64,000 bases of DNA. Origin: a virus. Positions 40,201-50,313 of this stretch are shown piece after piece. A program made the position numbers and the translations under genes. The DNA lies in the IMG/VR virus record IMGVR_UViG_3300042691_007361, positions 42,796-106,795 of that record; one strand, given 5' to 3'. Under the pieces are notes generated by a model, which was not told the origin of the DNA, ran no database searches, and saw only the letters and a program-made list of their open reading frames with translations. Within the stretch, counting starts at the first letter, position 1, and each line of letters opens with the position of its first letter.

Positions 40201-41450
40201 CCTGCTCCAGATGACGCTGCTCCACTTCCAGATTTACCTGACCCAGAACCTTTTCCAGAAACAACTTGGATATCATTGATATCTACATCTACTTCATCAG
40301 CTGCAGCTTGTGCAGCAGCTTCTGCTTCAGTTTGTTTCTTTTCTTCTACACCTTGATCAACAGTTCCTTCTTCTGCAGCGTTTACTTCGTCTTTTATCTC
40401 CTCTTCTTTGTTTATAATTTCCTGCTTGATTGTATTCTCAGCAGTTTGAGGATTGTTTACTACATCATCTGCAAATGTAATTGAGTACTCTTTTGGTCTA
40501 CCAAATAAACCTGTTCTACGTACATCTATATTAGCCATCTTTGGTCCTCTATAGTAGCTACCGTCTGCAGGCATCTGACCTTGTCCAAAAGCTCCAACTA
40601 AATCTGTATAATCATATGCTCCAGGAAGCATTGGACCACCAGGCATACCTGCAAAACCAATAGGAAGTTGACCAACCATACGGTTCATTCTCCTATTCAT
40701 TCTTCTCATCTGACCTCTACGCATACCTCCAAACTGTGCATAGTCCATATCTTGTTCTTGATAATATGACTCATCACCACCAATTGGAGTAGTAAGCATT
40801 TTGTACATTTCTTCAGCATCTTGTTTTGCAAGATTGAGAGAACCATCCGTTTCAACAGCTGTAGTAAATGCAGCTAGCCCATCTTTTCTTTTATTGTCTG
40901 GATCAGTTGAATCTACTCTTGATTGTTGAGAGTCACCTCCCATTTGTTTCTTTACTTGCTTAAGTACATTTTTTACAAATGTTCTTTTAGAAGGTACACC
41001 ACCATTTCTTTCTATAATTTGACTAGCTGCCTCTGTGTCATCACTATAGTCAGGTTCATTATAGTCAGCATACATTTGTTGCATTGCATCACTACGTGCT
41101 TCTTCTTCTGCACGCTCTAAAGCAGATTGCTCTTCAGCAACTGAAGAATCAATAGCAGCTTCATCAGCTGTAATATCTGCATACGCATCTTCATCTGCAG
41201 TAGTAAGTGACTCATTAAGATACTGCTGATCATTTACAAACTCTTGTGTATTATTAGATATTAGTGTTACTGTATCTTCATCAACACCAATTTGTCTAAG
41301 TGCATTTTCAGCATCTTCAATAGAAGAACCTGGCTCAGAAAGAGCCGTCATGTATATTGATGTAAGCTGATCAGGAGTAAACTGTGCAGACTGCTGACCT
41401 CCTGCTGCAAACTTATTTGTTGGTTTATATATTCTTACTCTTTTCTTCAT
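37212..41450 (-). CDS. large low-complexity probable internal virion protein with about 12 xxGG motifs
   Basis: 1412 aa, G/Q/P-rich and apparently disordered. Confidence 0.65.
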   Translation of the reverse strand: MKKRVRIYKPTNKFAAGGQQSAQFTPDQLTSIYMTALSEPGSSIEDAENALRQIGVDEDTVTLISNNTQEFVNDQQYLNESLTTADEDAYADITADEAAIDSSVAEEQSALERAEEEARSDAMQQMYADYNEPDYSDDTEAASQIIERNGGVPSKRTFVKNVLKQVKKQMGGDSQQSRVDSTDPDNKRKDGLAAFTTAVETDGSLNLAKQDAEEMYKMLTTPIGGDESYYQEQDMDYAQFGGMRRGQMRRMNRRMNRMVGQLPIGFAGMPGGPMLPGAYDYTDLVGAFGQGQMPADGSYYRGPKMANIDVRRTGLFGRPKEYSITFADDVVNNPQTAENTIKQEIINKEEEIKDEVNAAEEGTVDQGVEEKKQTEAEAAAQAAADEVDVDINDIQVVSGKGSGSGKSGSGAASSGAGAGTEEYAPSKASPSFKGFWKGYDPSSVRFAGQDKSRAYIQRGNKWFVSPNFTTKDKKNVQWYEVSDPNRVKNIERSTKPSMAQLAPGSTYTMSDANPGPMATGRSSAPVYGSQGVPLNQYITSKEFLNSVGNDIKGALNPENLRGFVQPTNMNVPVSRTAPRQTIGLGEKFQGGGFTDQDSGLYKFLYGGDDQGDLTGDPYFAYGGYLPKAQPGMITISDNNGNTKLVNQQDAETWNEARSGTPDISLTDLSFASDRPIINRQPIRDNFNPQPGEQGYMGYGYGPAFRTKQKGMPYMTGSNQTYTGALDNAKLKNIDVKKTKAFGPYKGMPKKYTVNYQVERDPLSKRLNFTDAGMTLDGRSMDQVAPTRQGLFNRSQSSGMSGRRSDTAIDSQFGPLAWLGSKLRPFESKADKVSGMPHDKWDENYKKIYGYYPDESPYATTPDSTFAFNQSTPAVDTEFPEIQNAGTFSDMAGYSLPTRGAQAIQGNEDELIPQRPVESPIGSLPTRSAQPLLLPSQTRLAPGQTGPMYYDQASEEDAAALAQQQREQDLRGSGLGLLGLPTAQDEYMQQVGDQGAYDLQQAELQRMMEQNPDFYGQQQYNWEPGQELLGSASTPVLTPQEAAARQQQVIAQQRAEAQRRAAAQANTTQRNLGQKIQEYGNKTVPTKSNKPVEQEQAKPIVSKKNVEQNNSSNLTPTEKAKEQNRQGAAWRELMDLKQNAMGDEPAVFKDTYKNYKIDPAIDRSMRLLKTSKQRLDYIKSIQNRDLRNALLYKYAKDGGYMAYGGTMTMPKAYTGYDNDLDEDTPVNYDPRFRAQQRQFDLGSSELDNPFVYSGQNQLTNEKSGVKMGTEGSYVNEGVVPKEDLTDFSQRKEYDDVSVDYNTKGDWDANAAKRRLLMDWTNAAGNTIAGWFDSPRQDKSWRNEDAQASIDKGWIITNSGLETPDMGQRQSVKYGGNIYQQGGPVYDNEIGEYMWMTPEMIQKFLEDGGELEYV

Positions 41451-41466
41451 GATAGGGTATATAATA

Positions 41467-41498
41467 TAAATATAGTAAAATCTATGTTAATCAGTAAA
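41467..41498 (-). promoter_or_regulatory. variant promoter TTTA-N20-TATATTTA
   Basis: GATTTTACTATATT is identical to the copy at 57288-57301. Confidence 0.6.
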
Positions 41499-41508
41499 CT
41501 TTATAAGT

Positions 41509-43968
41509 TTAGTCAAGATCTTCAATGATATAACCTTGTGCCTCTAATTCTCTTCTTCTTTCATCATCAATCTCCTCTTCCCAAACATCACCACCTTCTT
41601 GTCTTCCAGTCAATATTCTTGCTGCTGGGAATATACTTCTAAAACCTTCATAATCACCTTTATTAAGTTTACTTATATTATCAGCAAAAAATGCTGCTGC
41701 TGCAGGATTAGATGCATATAATGCTCTACCTGCTGGTCCAAACACTGGAGCTAAACCTAAACCTGCATTGCCATATTGATATCCAATATTTTTTAAATCC
41801 TCATACTTTTGTTCCCAAGGTTTATCACTTGTAGCGGCAGCTACGGCATTTGATAATGATGGTGCATCTTTTAAAGCTACTCCTGTTCTTAGAACAGTTG
41901 CATTTCTTAATACATCAGCAACAGAAAAATTTCTTGCATTACCAATACTTCTTTGATTATTTAATAAAGGTCCTGCCACAGGTTTGCTTATACTAATTGG
42001 TAATGGTCTAGATAGTGTAGGTTTACTTGCTGTTAAAGCAAATCTAGGTTTATCAAGAAAGTTTACAACACCTTGTGATTTTTCTTGTAATCCTTGTAAA
42101 CCTGCTTTTCCCATTTCAGTTAGTTGAACTTTTGGTATTATCTTTCCTGGTGTTTTTGAAAGACGTGCTATAGGTGAATAGTCTAACATATTTAATCCTA
42201 TGTTACGTAAACCTTCTCCTACTGGTGTCTTTCCAGCAATCATTCTGTCTACTATACGTAATGAACTTGGATCATCTGGTCCTCCAAATCCTAGATCTCT
42301 TGCTGCACCTGAAGCTGGAAAATAAGCTTTGGCTAAATTTCCATATGTAGCTCCAGAATACTTTGATAAGAATGGAAGACTTGCTTTACTAAGAGCATTA
42401 ACTCCTTGAGCTCCTGCACCAAGCCCTGTTCCTGATGCTATAGCTAATGCTAAATTTCCAGCTCCGCTAGCAACGTTACCTTTTGTAAAATCAACACCTG
42501 CTTTAGAAGCATATCTTAATGGATTATAATCATTAAGCCAAGGCAGCGCACCTTCAACACCATAACCTAATGCTCTATCATAGAATCTAGAATCCTCATA
42601 TTCTTCTGGATTAAGTGATCTATAACCTTGACCCATCAAACTTCTTTTACCTTCCAAAGTTCTCATGATTTGACCAGGTGCATCTGTTGTAAATGCTTGA
42701 AGTTCATTTAAAGCTCTATCAAAGTAATTTGCATTTTGATAAGCTTTTTCTTCACCTCTCTTCCAAATTCTGTATTCAGCGTCCTCAATATCTTCAAGTG
42801 CATTAGGATCACTGTATATCTTATTTAACAGCATTTGATTCATATCAGTATCTCCTGTCTGATCAAAATACCTGTTACCAAGTGTTTCTGCTGCAACTCC
42901 TCTATTTACTTTATTAGCAACAAAGTCTTCTATTGCTTTTTTATCTTCTAGTGGTGTAGAGCTTACGGGTACATCAATTTTATTAGGTGTTACATATGTA
43001 GATGATCCTGGTCCAGCTCCTGTAGCTTTGTTTAAAGCTGCTCTTTCTTGATTTGCTATCCTTTGTGCTTTAGCCTTATCTGATGTTTGCTTTATATTTT
43101 GAACTACTTGGTTTGGTGCAGTTTTTTGTTGTTGCTTAGCTCCTTGAAGTCTGTAACCTGCTTCTTGTAATAATCTATCATAGCGTTTAGTTATTTCTGC
43201 TTTTTGTGCTGCAGTTTTTGCATATGACAATTCTTTTGTTTTAGCTTCTTGTAAACCTTTGACTTCATCTTCAGAAACTCTTGTTCCTGTATTTAATCCT
43301 ACCTGTGCTTTTTGTAACATACCAATAGACTCTCCATATGTCCAATCACGGAGAACTTGTCTACGTTTATCTATATCAGTACTAAAGTCACCACCATTTG
43401 CATAATACTTAGAGTCTGGATCAAAGACTTTTCTTTTCTTAGACTTAGTCTTTTTAAGCAGTGGATTTTTTGTAAATAATTTATTTGTTGCTTGTAAACT
43501 TCTTGAGTATCCTTTTGATCCTTTTTTCTTTGGCATACTTGGTAGTTCCTGTACAACATACCCACCTTTTTTTAACTCTGCAATTTCTTCATCACTAAGA
43601 TCATACTCTCCACCATCTTCATAATCAGTCAAGTCTGGTATAGATATATCACCACCATATGCAGCCATAGGAAATTCATCTACATACTCTGATCCTCCAA
43701 ACCTATGGTTTCTTGTATCTCCTGCAGCAACAAATCTTTTTTCTCCATCAGATCCAACAGCAATTATATTCTGATCAGTTGGGTTATATATAGTATTACT
43801 TGGAATTCTATAATGCGTTCCTGCTGGCGGAGGTCCTTGTTTATAACCTTCATTAGATATAAATGGAAGTAACTTATTGTTATTAACAATTCTATCTTTC
43901 TTTTTTGCTGGAGCTTTAGTACTGTTCAAGTTCTTTGTAGCTTCAGAGAGTACTTTCTTATTATACAT
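41509..43968 (-). CDS. probable internal virion protein
   Basis: 819 aa with xxGG motifs and Gly/Ala hydrophobic segments. Coupled to the upstream tail gene by a TAATG overlap. Confidence 0.65.
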   Translation of the reverse strand: MYNKKVLSEATKNLNSTKAPAKKKDRIVNNNKLLPFISNEGYKQGPPPAGTHYRIPSNTIYNPTDQNIIAVGSDGEKRFVAAGDTRNHRFGGSEYVDEFPMAAYGGDISIPDLTDYEDGGEYDLSDEEIAELKKGGYVVQELPSMPKKKGSKGYSRSLQATNKLFTKNPLLKKTKSKKRKVFDPDSKYYANGGDFSTDIDKRRQVLRDWTYGESIGMLQKAQVGLNTGTRVSEDEVKGLQEAKTKELSYAKTAAQKAEITKRYDRLLQEAGYRLQGAKQQQKTAPNQVVQNIKQTSDKAKAQRIANQERAALNKATGAGPGSSTYVTPNKIDVPVSSTPLEDKKAIEDFVANKVNRGVAAETLGNRYFDQTGDTDMNQMLLNKIYSDPNALEDIEDAEYRIWKRGEEKAYQNANYFDRALNELQAFTTDAPGQIMRTLEGKRSLMGQGYRSLNPEEYEDSRFYDRALGYGVEGALPWLNDYNPLRYASKAGVDFTKGNVASGAGNLALAIASGTGLGAGAQGVNALSKASLPFLSKYSGATYGNLAKAYFPASGAARDLGFGGPDDPSSLRIVDRMIAGKTPVGEGLRNIGLNMLDYSPIARLSKTPGKIIPKVQLTEMGKAGLQGLQEKSQGVVNFLDKPRFALTASKPTLSRPLPISISKPVAGPLLNNQRSIGNARNFSVADVLRNATVLRTGVALKDAPSLSNAVAAATSDKPWEQKYEDLKNIGYQYGNAGLGLAPVFGPAGRALYASNPAAAAFFADNISKLNKGDYEGFRSIFPAARILTGRQEGGDVWEEEIDDERRRELEAQGYIIEDLD

Positions 43969-46900
43969 TACCTTGGAGAATAAACTTGTTTAGCATTGGT
44001 TAATTTCAAAATCATATCAACATCACCTACAATATCCTTTCTAAGTACAAGATAGTTAAGGTAGTGTCTGAACTTCTTGCGTTGTAATTCAGATTTATTG
44101 TAGTCTAAGTTAGCTGGATTCAGGTCTCTAATATAACCATTTGGTTGCGTTATCCAAATTCTTTCATCAGCTCTTGGTCCATCAAGTATTGTTGTTCCTG
44201 GAATTACAGGACCTGTTGGAGGATAATTTGACCCTACAGGAAACTCACCACGGTCTCTTGTTATATCCCAGAATTGATTAAATCTATACTTGTTTTCCTC
44301 TTTAGAATACAAAATACTAATTGAGTTCGGATTAATAATTGGATACTCTTGAGCTAATGTAATATTATTCTTAGGGAATATGTTAAGATGCATATGCCCA
44401 GATACTTGCTCTGAGTTATAAATAAACGCATGATCAAAGTTTTGATCAAGTATATGGAATTGATCAATACAATCGTATCTTCTATAAGCTTCTAATATAT
44501 ATTCTACACTTCTCAATGTTGTTACTGTTTGACCCGTTGTAATAGGAAGTTCTATTTCCATTACTGCAGGTGTATCATAGAAATTACAGAATTGTGTACA
44601 AGCATCATTATGTACCCATATTGAATCATCTTTAACACTCAAGAAAGTATTCTTACTTGGTATTAATAAATCCGGATGCCAGTCATGGAATGATATAAAG
44701 AACTTAGATTTAGGATCAAAGCTTACAGTCCAAGATGCATCATGGAATATTAATGGGTCACCTAATCTAAAGCGTGCTGTTCCATCAACAATAAATACAT
44801 TTCTACATTCATCATATACAGTTCTATCTTTAAACTCATCTTTAAGTTTAAAGTCTTTCTTGCAGAAATAAGCTATAGTATCTCTATTGTTATACATTGA
44901 TTGACAACCAACTCCTGCAACTGGATTATCTAGATGCGGATAATTAGGAAAGTCTTCAATTATCTTGTAAGGTAGATACAATACAAACCACCATTTAAGA
45001 CCAAGCTGTGATATCTCATCTAGATCTTGTCCAAACTTAAATATCTTTCCTTGGTTCTGAGATATGTAGAACATTCCTGCCGGTGTAGCAATTACACTGT
45101 TTCTACTTTGACATGATCCATACTCATACGGGTTATCTGCAATTGACACACTCTGTGGTGTTTGATCAAATAGACCTCCATCACCTAGAGTAACTTTAAC
45201 ACCGGCTTCAGTTTGTAACTGATCAACACCCTGGAACAACTGTGGACTAGAGTTCTTGAATGTAATAAATATACCCGTCCTTGCAAAGTTCTTAACTCCG
45301 GAGATCTGATCTTTAAACTCCTTATAGTTATTAGCTAGATAAATAAACCAAGAGTCTTTTGCAGATTCAAATCCTTGAGGTAAAGAATATATAATTCTAT
45401 CTGGTCTATATGTGAAACATAGACTAGATACTTGTGGATCATAATATCTTGACTGAAGGTTACCTTGTGAAAAATACTGAGTATATAACTTACCAATACT
45501 TAATGAGTAATCATAAGCATAGTAGTTACCTCTTGTTATTTGATCAGGGTTGATATTAAACATTACAGGTAAATCTGTAAAGCTATATGGGTTATAGAAC
45601 TTTTGATATATCTCCGGTCCAGCTTCTCTATAATCAACAAGTACTTCACTCTCAACAAAGAAATCTCTAACTGAAGACGCAGCTAAATAAAAGTATGCTT
45701 CTCTAATACCCATATTAAATAATCCTGCATAGTCACCCTCATTATCATTAGAGTAATTATAGCTACTGTTGTCTAATTGATAAAATGCTCTTGGAAACCA
45801 TCCTGTGCCAGGAGGAGGGTTAAAGTCTGGACTAAATAGATCAGTAGTTTCATATCTCTGACTATTCATCCAAAATCTTGGTTCAGGTAACATCTGACGT
45901 ATAAAATAATTATACTCATAACCATCAGGTTGACCATATAACCAATCATTGAAGAAGAACATATTATTCTTTTCAGTATATCTATTAACGTATGTATCAC
46001 CATTAAATAAAACTGGAGTTTTAACAATCTTATGTTCTACTTTTACTGTTGTGCGTGTACCATCACATTTAATTTGTATACAAGTAGCTCCTGTTTTCTT
46101 TGGCTTAATTGTAGCTAAATTAATTTTTTGTTCACAAGGTGTAATAGGTACTTGCTTGATACTATCTAGTTGACCATATTGATTTCTTAGTCTTACTTTG
46201 ATAGCACCATAGTGACTTGCTATTTTTGCATTAAATACACTAGTTTTATTTGTATCATCAAACTCAACTTTTCCTAAACCATTATTACGTGCTGTACCAA
46301 TAGTTAATAATGATTGATCATAGTAACCAGTACTTCCACTGCCAGTAATAAAATATGGTCCGGTATCTAAACCTGCACCACTTGTTGTTCTAAGCAATAC
46401 AGTTCTTTGTCTCTTAAGATTATTTACTCTATAGAGATTATTGTTCCAAGGCTTAAGATCTTGTACATTATCATTAAGATAAAGCTCATCACCAATTTTA
46501 AATCTGTAAAGCTGCGTTTGCACTAAAGCAGAAAAATCACTATAGTATCCATGAGCAAGCATCTGCAATGCATATTGTCTATAAGGTATGATTGCATATA
46601 TTGTTCTTAATGCAAGTTCTGCACCTTGACTAAAATAAAAGAGAGTTTGAGTAATTGCAGTTATAGTACCTAGCAGTCTACTTGTTGAGTTAGTAACTGT
46701 ATATGAAGGTGCCGTATATGTATTACCCGCTTTCCTATATGTGTTATATATTGCATCAAGCCCTGTATAATTAGTAAATGCATCAGCAATTCCTGTTGAA
46801 GAACTATAATATGCAGCTAATGCAGCATTGTAAGTACTTGTTGCATTTAAAAATGGCAATCCAATAAATGCTTGTGATCCATTAAAATTTGCATTATATG

Positions 46901-49274
46901 CTTGATTACTTATTGCATTAATTGTTGTACCGCCTTGTACCCATGTTTGAGGAATTCCATATACTTTATTATATGAACCGCCATAATCAGTAAATGATAC
47001 ATCACCTCCAATACTTAACAATGCTTCTAATGCCCCAGCCAATATCATAACAGTAATAACATTATTACTGATAAGTTTGTTTTTTGGATGCTGGTCAGGT
47101 TCAATAAAGTATTGTTCACTTAATCCAGATAAAACTCCATAAAGTTTAAGCTCTACAGTATCAAGATATGGATTTCTAAAGTTTGTATCCGGTGAATGAA
47201 ATGTATTCATGAATGTTGGTATATCATTCTTGGTAACATTTACTCTATCATCATCATTATCAGTAACTACTATGTACGGATCATTTGCTTGGTTACCTGT
47301 ATTTAAGTCACCACCACTTGCTGGGTTAAGTGGCACAATAGTATTAAATGGATAGTTAGGATAAAGACCTTTTCTATTTGCATTACCTGGTCCTTTAATA
47401 TTATATGGACGCAGGTTGTTTAACATACCTTTTGCAATAACAGTCTTATTACCTTCTCTTGATCCTCTTAGTATTTCATAACCTACAATACCTTTAATAT
47501 CATTTCCTTCATTATCTTTTGGACAAATAATATTATCAAACTCAACTCCTAATAATCTTATAGTAGTTTGTTTTGTTGCAGGATTTGTATAAAAGTGATT
47601 TGTTAGTTGACTATTACTAGTTATGTTATCTGGAAACTTGTGATGTCTTATTGGTTTACCACATAAGTCATAAATATCTGTAGTAACAGCTGTCCAACAA
47701 GGAGCTCCATTATTTGTAGAACTATTCCATACTTCAGGTTTGTTATCTGGGTAATACTCAGTAGATTCCCAATAACCCATTTGACCACGCGCAATAACCT
47801 TACCTCCATCTTCAAGTATTTCTGGTGGAGATACTACAGTTAGTGTAGCTGTGTTTTGTACTTCAAATACTCTTTCTGGTTCAGTAGGATCTGTAAACAA
47901 TACATTACCGCCTGTAGCAACTGCTAGTTCATTTCCAACTGGTGGTCTTCCTGGAATATGATATGAAGATGATTTATCTCCTGTGTTGTATACCCAACGT
48001 ATAAAGAATGAGTAGACCTCATCTCTTAAGTAACTTGGTTTATATCCACCGTTTACATAATAATCAGGATTGTATTCAACAGATACCCATTTAGCTTGTA
48101 TAAGATTTGCTAGTGGCTGATAGTTAAAATCAAACTTACCTGTAGGACCTACTCTTAGTAGATAGTTATTTACCTCAACAATCTGATCAGACTTTTCATA
48201 TACTGGAGTTTGTATTGGTAGTTGTTCTATAGGAACACTTATCAAAGACTCAGCAATATTATCTAAATAAATTTTTTGAGTATTAGTTGAATATACACCA
48301 ATTCTTTTAGCTACAGTACCTTGATTTATTGTTTGTACAACAACAAGTATAAACTCATCAAAGCTTACATTATCTGCTTCAACAGTTATTTCTAGTGCAC
48401 CTTGTAAATTACTTTCAAACCATATTGGTTGAACATTACTTGGAGAAAACCAGTCTGTTACTTTTTCTCCTTTAATACTATATGCTATTGTAGCAAAGTA
48501 AGATCCGTTTCTAAGACTTCCACCAGACTTACCTGGTGCAACATGTAAACATGGTGTCTTCATTAAACGTGCAAGTCTTATCTGATCACAATCTAAACTA
48601 GTTGTGTTCTCACATGTAATACATCCTTGAGGATGACCTGTAGCCCATACATCTGGTTCTGTTTGTGTATAACCTAGTGAATCAGTACACAATTGAATCC
48701 ACGGAACTCCAGGCCATTGTATATTGCTTACACCATTAGAATAAGTATTATTACCTATCCATATATAATCATCTGATGGCCAAGTCTGAGGATCTCCAAC
48801 ATTAAGATATCTATCAGGATTTAAACCATCATTCCAATAACATGCCCAAGAACAATCTTCTTTTTCTCTTGAGGCACCATAGATTAGATTTAACTCATTA
48901 AAGTTTAAGCAAGGGTCTTGTACAATTGGTCTATACTTACATAAGTCTTCTTCAAATAATCCAATCTCAGAATTAATAGAATTAAGTTGAATATCATTAT
49001 GTACTGCAGTAAAAATTAACCATTTATCTGAAAACAAATGAATAGCCCCTACAATAACCTTTCTACCACCTGTAAGTGTAGAGCCAGCAACAGCACATAA
49101 ATAGTTTGCAGGTTCTCCTGACAATGTTCCTAAGTTACCTTCAATAGTATTATTAACTACATTTCGCGCATGCGTCCACATGCCTTCTGTCATGAAGGAG
49201 CTATCAGAGTCTTTATTAAGACCTTTAACAAAACTATTAGTTTCTGTTTTTCCTAAATCAATATTCTTAGCCAT
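43968..49274 (-). CDS. tail stabilisation / muzzle protein (crAss-like Tstab)
   Basis: 1768 aa, beta-rich. N-terminal FVKGLNKD...HARN, SYLRDEVYSFFIRW and WTVSFD...ISFHDW. It follows the tail tube genes. Confidence 0.75.
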   Translation of the reverse strand: MAKNIDLGKTETNSFVKGLNKDSDSSFMTEGMWTHARNVVNNTIEGNLGTLSGEPANYLCAVAGSTLTGGRKVIVGAIHLFSDKWLIFTAVHNDIQLNSINSEIGLFEEDLCKYRPIVQDPCLNFNELNLIYGASREKEDCSWACYWNDGLNPDRYLNVGDPQTWPSDDYIWIGNNTYSNGVSNIQWPGVPWIQLCTDSLGYTQTEPDVWATGHPQGCITCENTTSLDCDQIRLARLMKTPCLHVAPGKSGGSLRNGSYFATIAYSIKGEKVTDWFSPSNVQPIWFESNLQGALEITVEADNVSFDEFILVVVQTINQGTVAKRIGVYSTNTQKIYLDNIAESLISVPIEQLPIQTPVYEKSDQIVEVNNYLLRVGPTGKFDFNYQPLANLIQAKWVSVEYNPDYYVNGGYKPSYLRDEVYSFFIRWVYNTGDKSSSYHIPGRPPVGNELAVATGGNVLFTDPTEPERVFEVQNTATLTVVSPPEILEDGGKVIARGQMGYWESTEYYPDNKPEVWNSSTNNGAPCWTAVTTDIYDLCGKPIRHHKFPDNITSNSQLTNHFYTNPATKQTTIRLLGVEFDNIICPKDNEGNDIKGIVGYEILRGSREGNKTVIAKGMLNNLRPYNIKGPGNANRKGLYPNYPFNTIVPLNPASGGDLNTGNQANDPYIVVTDNDDDRVNVTKNDIPTFMNTFHSPDTNFRNPYLDTVELKLYGVLSGLSEQYFIEPDQHPKNKLISNNVITVMILAGALEALLSIGGDVSFTDYGGSYNKVYGIPQTWVQGGTTINAISNQAYNANFNGSQAFIGLPFLNATSTYNAALAAYYSSSTGIADAFTNYTGLDAIYNTYRKAGNTYTAPSYTVTNSTSRLLGTITAITQTLFYFSQGAELALRTIYAIIPYRQYALQMLAHGYYSDFSALVQTQLYRFKIGDELYLNDNVQDLKPWNNNLYRVNNLKRQRTVLLRTTSGAGLDTGPYFITGSGSTGYYDQSLLTIGTARNNGLGKVEFDDTNKTSVFNAKIASHYGAIKVRLRNQYGQLDSIKQVPITPCEQKINLATIKPKKTGATCIQIKCDGTRTTVKVEHKIVKTPVLFNGDTYVNRYTEKNNMFFFNDWLYGQPDGYEYNYFIRQMLPEPRFWMNSQRYETTDLFSPDFNPPPGTGWFPRAFYQLDNSSYNYSNDNEGDYAGLFNMGIREAYFYLAASSVRDFFVESEVLVDYREAGPEIYQKFYNPYSFTDLPVMFNINPDQITRGNYYAYDYSLSIGKLYTQYFSQGNLQSRYYDPQVSSLCFTYRPDRIIYSLPQGFESAKDSWFIYLANNYKEFKDQISGVKNFARTGIFITFKNSSPQLFQGVDQLQTEAGVKVTLGDGGLFDQTPQSVSIADNPYEYGSCQSRNSVIATPAGMFYISQNQGKIFKFGQDLDEISQLGLKWWFVLYLPYKIIEDFPNYPHLDNPVAGVGCQSMYNNRDTIAYFCKKDFKLKDEFKDRTVYDECRNVFIVDGTARFRLGDPLIFHDASWTVSFDPKSKFFISFHDWHPDLLIPSKNTFLSVKDDSIWVHNDACTQFCNFYDTPAVMEIELPITTGQTVTTLRSVEYILEAYRRYDCIDQFHILDQNFDHAFIYNSEQVSGHMHLNIFPKNNITLAQEYPIINPNSISILYSKEENKYRFNQFWDITRDRGEFPVGSNYPPTGPVIPGTTILDGPRADERIWITQPNGYIRDLNPANLDYNKSELQRKKFRHYLNYLVLRKDIVGDVDMILKLTNAKQVYSPR

Positions 49275-49275
49275 C

Positions 49276-50313
49276 TTAGATTACTCTTGTTCCTGTATAG
49301 TAATTAAAGTAAGTTGGATCAATAGGATATGACTTAAACATATCATAATATTTTCCATACTGTGCTCTGCGGTTAGCCCACCACAGTTTCTTCATCTCCT
49401 CAAAGTTTGGAGTATTGACTAAACCTAGAGCCTGGTTTCTTGCTGTGCGGTATCTTCCTTCTATAAGTTGTATTCTATTAGATACATCCTCACCATTCAT
49501 ATAAAGATTCTCAAGTATTCTTTGTTTAAGAGCATACTCATAGTACTCATTAAGAAGTGCGTGATCCGGTACAAGAATATTTCCTTCATCATCTTCTAAC
49601 TCACCTTGATAATTTACATACACCTTACATGTGTTTAGAGTAGTAAATAAAAAACCATTCTTAATCCATCCTTGGTTAGGTGTATTAAAGTATAAGTTAG
49701 GACACTCGCATTCTATATTCTGACTTGGCTTCATTCTTAATGGAAGCAAAGTAGTGAACTGTCTTGTCTGTCCTGTAGGCATAATTTGTATTAACTCATA
49801 CTTCTCTCCCTTACAGTTCATGAATACGCGCGGGCGTATACAAGTATCACCATAAGGGTTATTTGGATCATATGCATCAGGAATATAATTACCTGGTAAT
49901 GTATTTAACTCACATCCAGCAGTATGATTACACGGATTAGCATTACATACTGAACAGTTAACTGTTGGAGGAGCACATTGATCTACAGTACTTGGTACTT
50001 CTCTATAAGGTACTTCTTGTATATTAGTTCCTCCAATATCATATCCTGTATGTACATTAAACTCTCCACAGATAAATGCAAAGTTCCATGTATAGAAGTC
50101 ATCTGGTAATTTTACCTTACCATGTTCTACTTCTAACAATACTTCCTTCTGCTGGTTTATTCTTAAGCCTAAATCATAATTGCATCTTCTAGCTACTTTG
50201 ATAAGTGTCTGAGGATCAATCATATTCTCAAGTGCATAAACTTGAAAGTCAACCATTACATCATCAAGAAGTTGATCTAAGGTTCTATATTTTAGAGTGT
50301 AATTAAAGTCCAT
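49276..50313 (-). CDS. tail tubular / ring protein (crAss-like Ttub)
   Basis: VKLPDDF and YQGELEDDEGNILVPD...YYEYAL motifs, plus gene order. Confidence 0.7.
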   Translation of the reverse strand: MDFNYTLKYRTLDQLLDDVMVDFQVYALENMIDPQTLIKVARRCNYDLGLRINQQKEVLLEVEHGKVKLPDDFYTWNFAFICGEFNVHTGYDIGGTNIQEVPYREVPSTVDQCAPPTVNCSVCNANPCNHTAGCELNTLPGNYIPDAYDPNNPYGDTCIRPRVFMNCKGEKYELIQIMPTGQTRQFTTLLPLRMKPSQNIECECPNLYFNTPNQGWIKNGFLFTTLNTCKVYVNYQGELEDDEGNILVPDHALLNEYYEYALKQRILENLYMNGEDVSNRIQLIEGRYRTARNQALGLVNTPNFEEMKKLWWANRRAQYGKYYDMFKSYPIDPTYFNYYTGTRVI

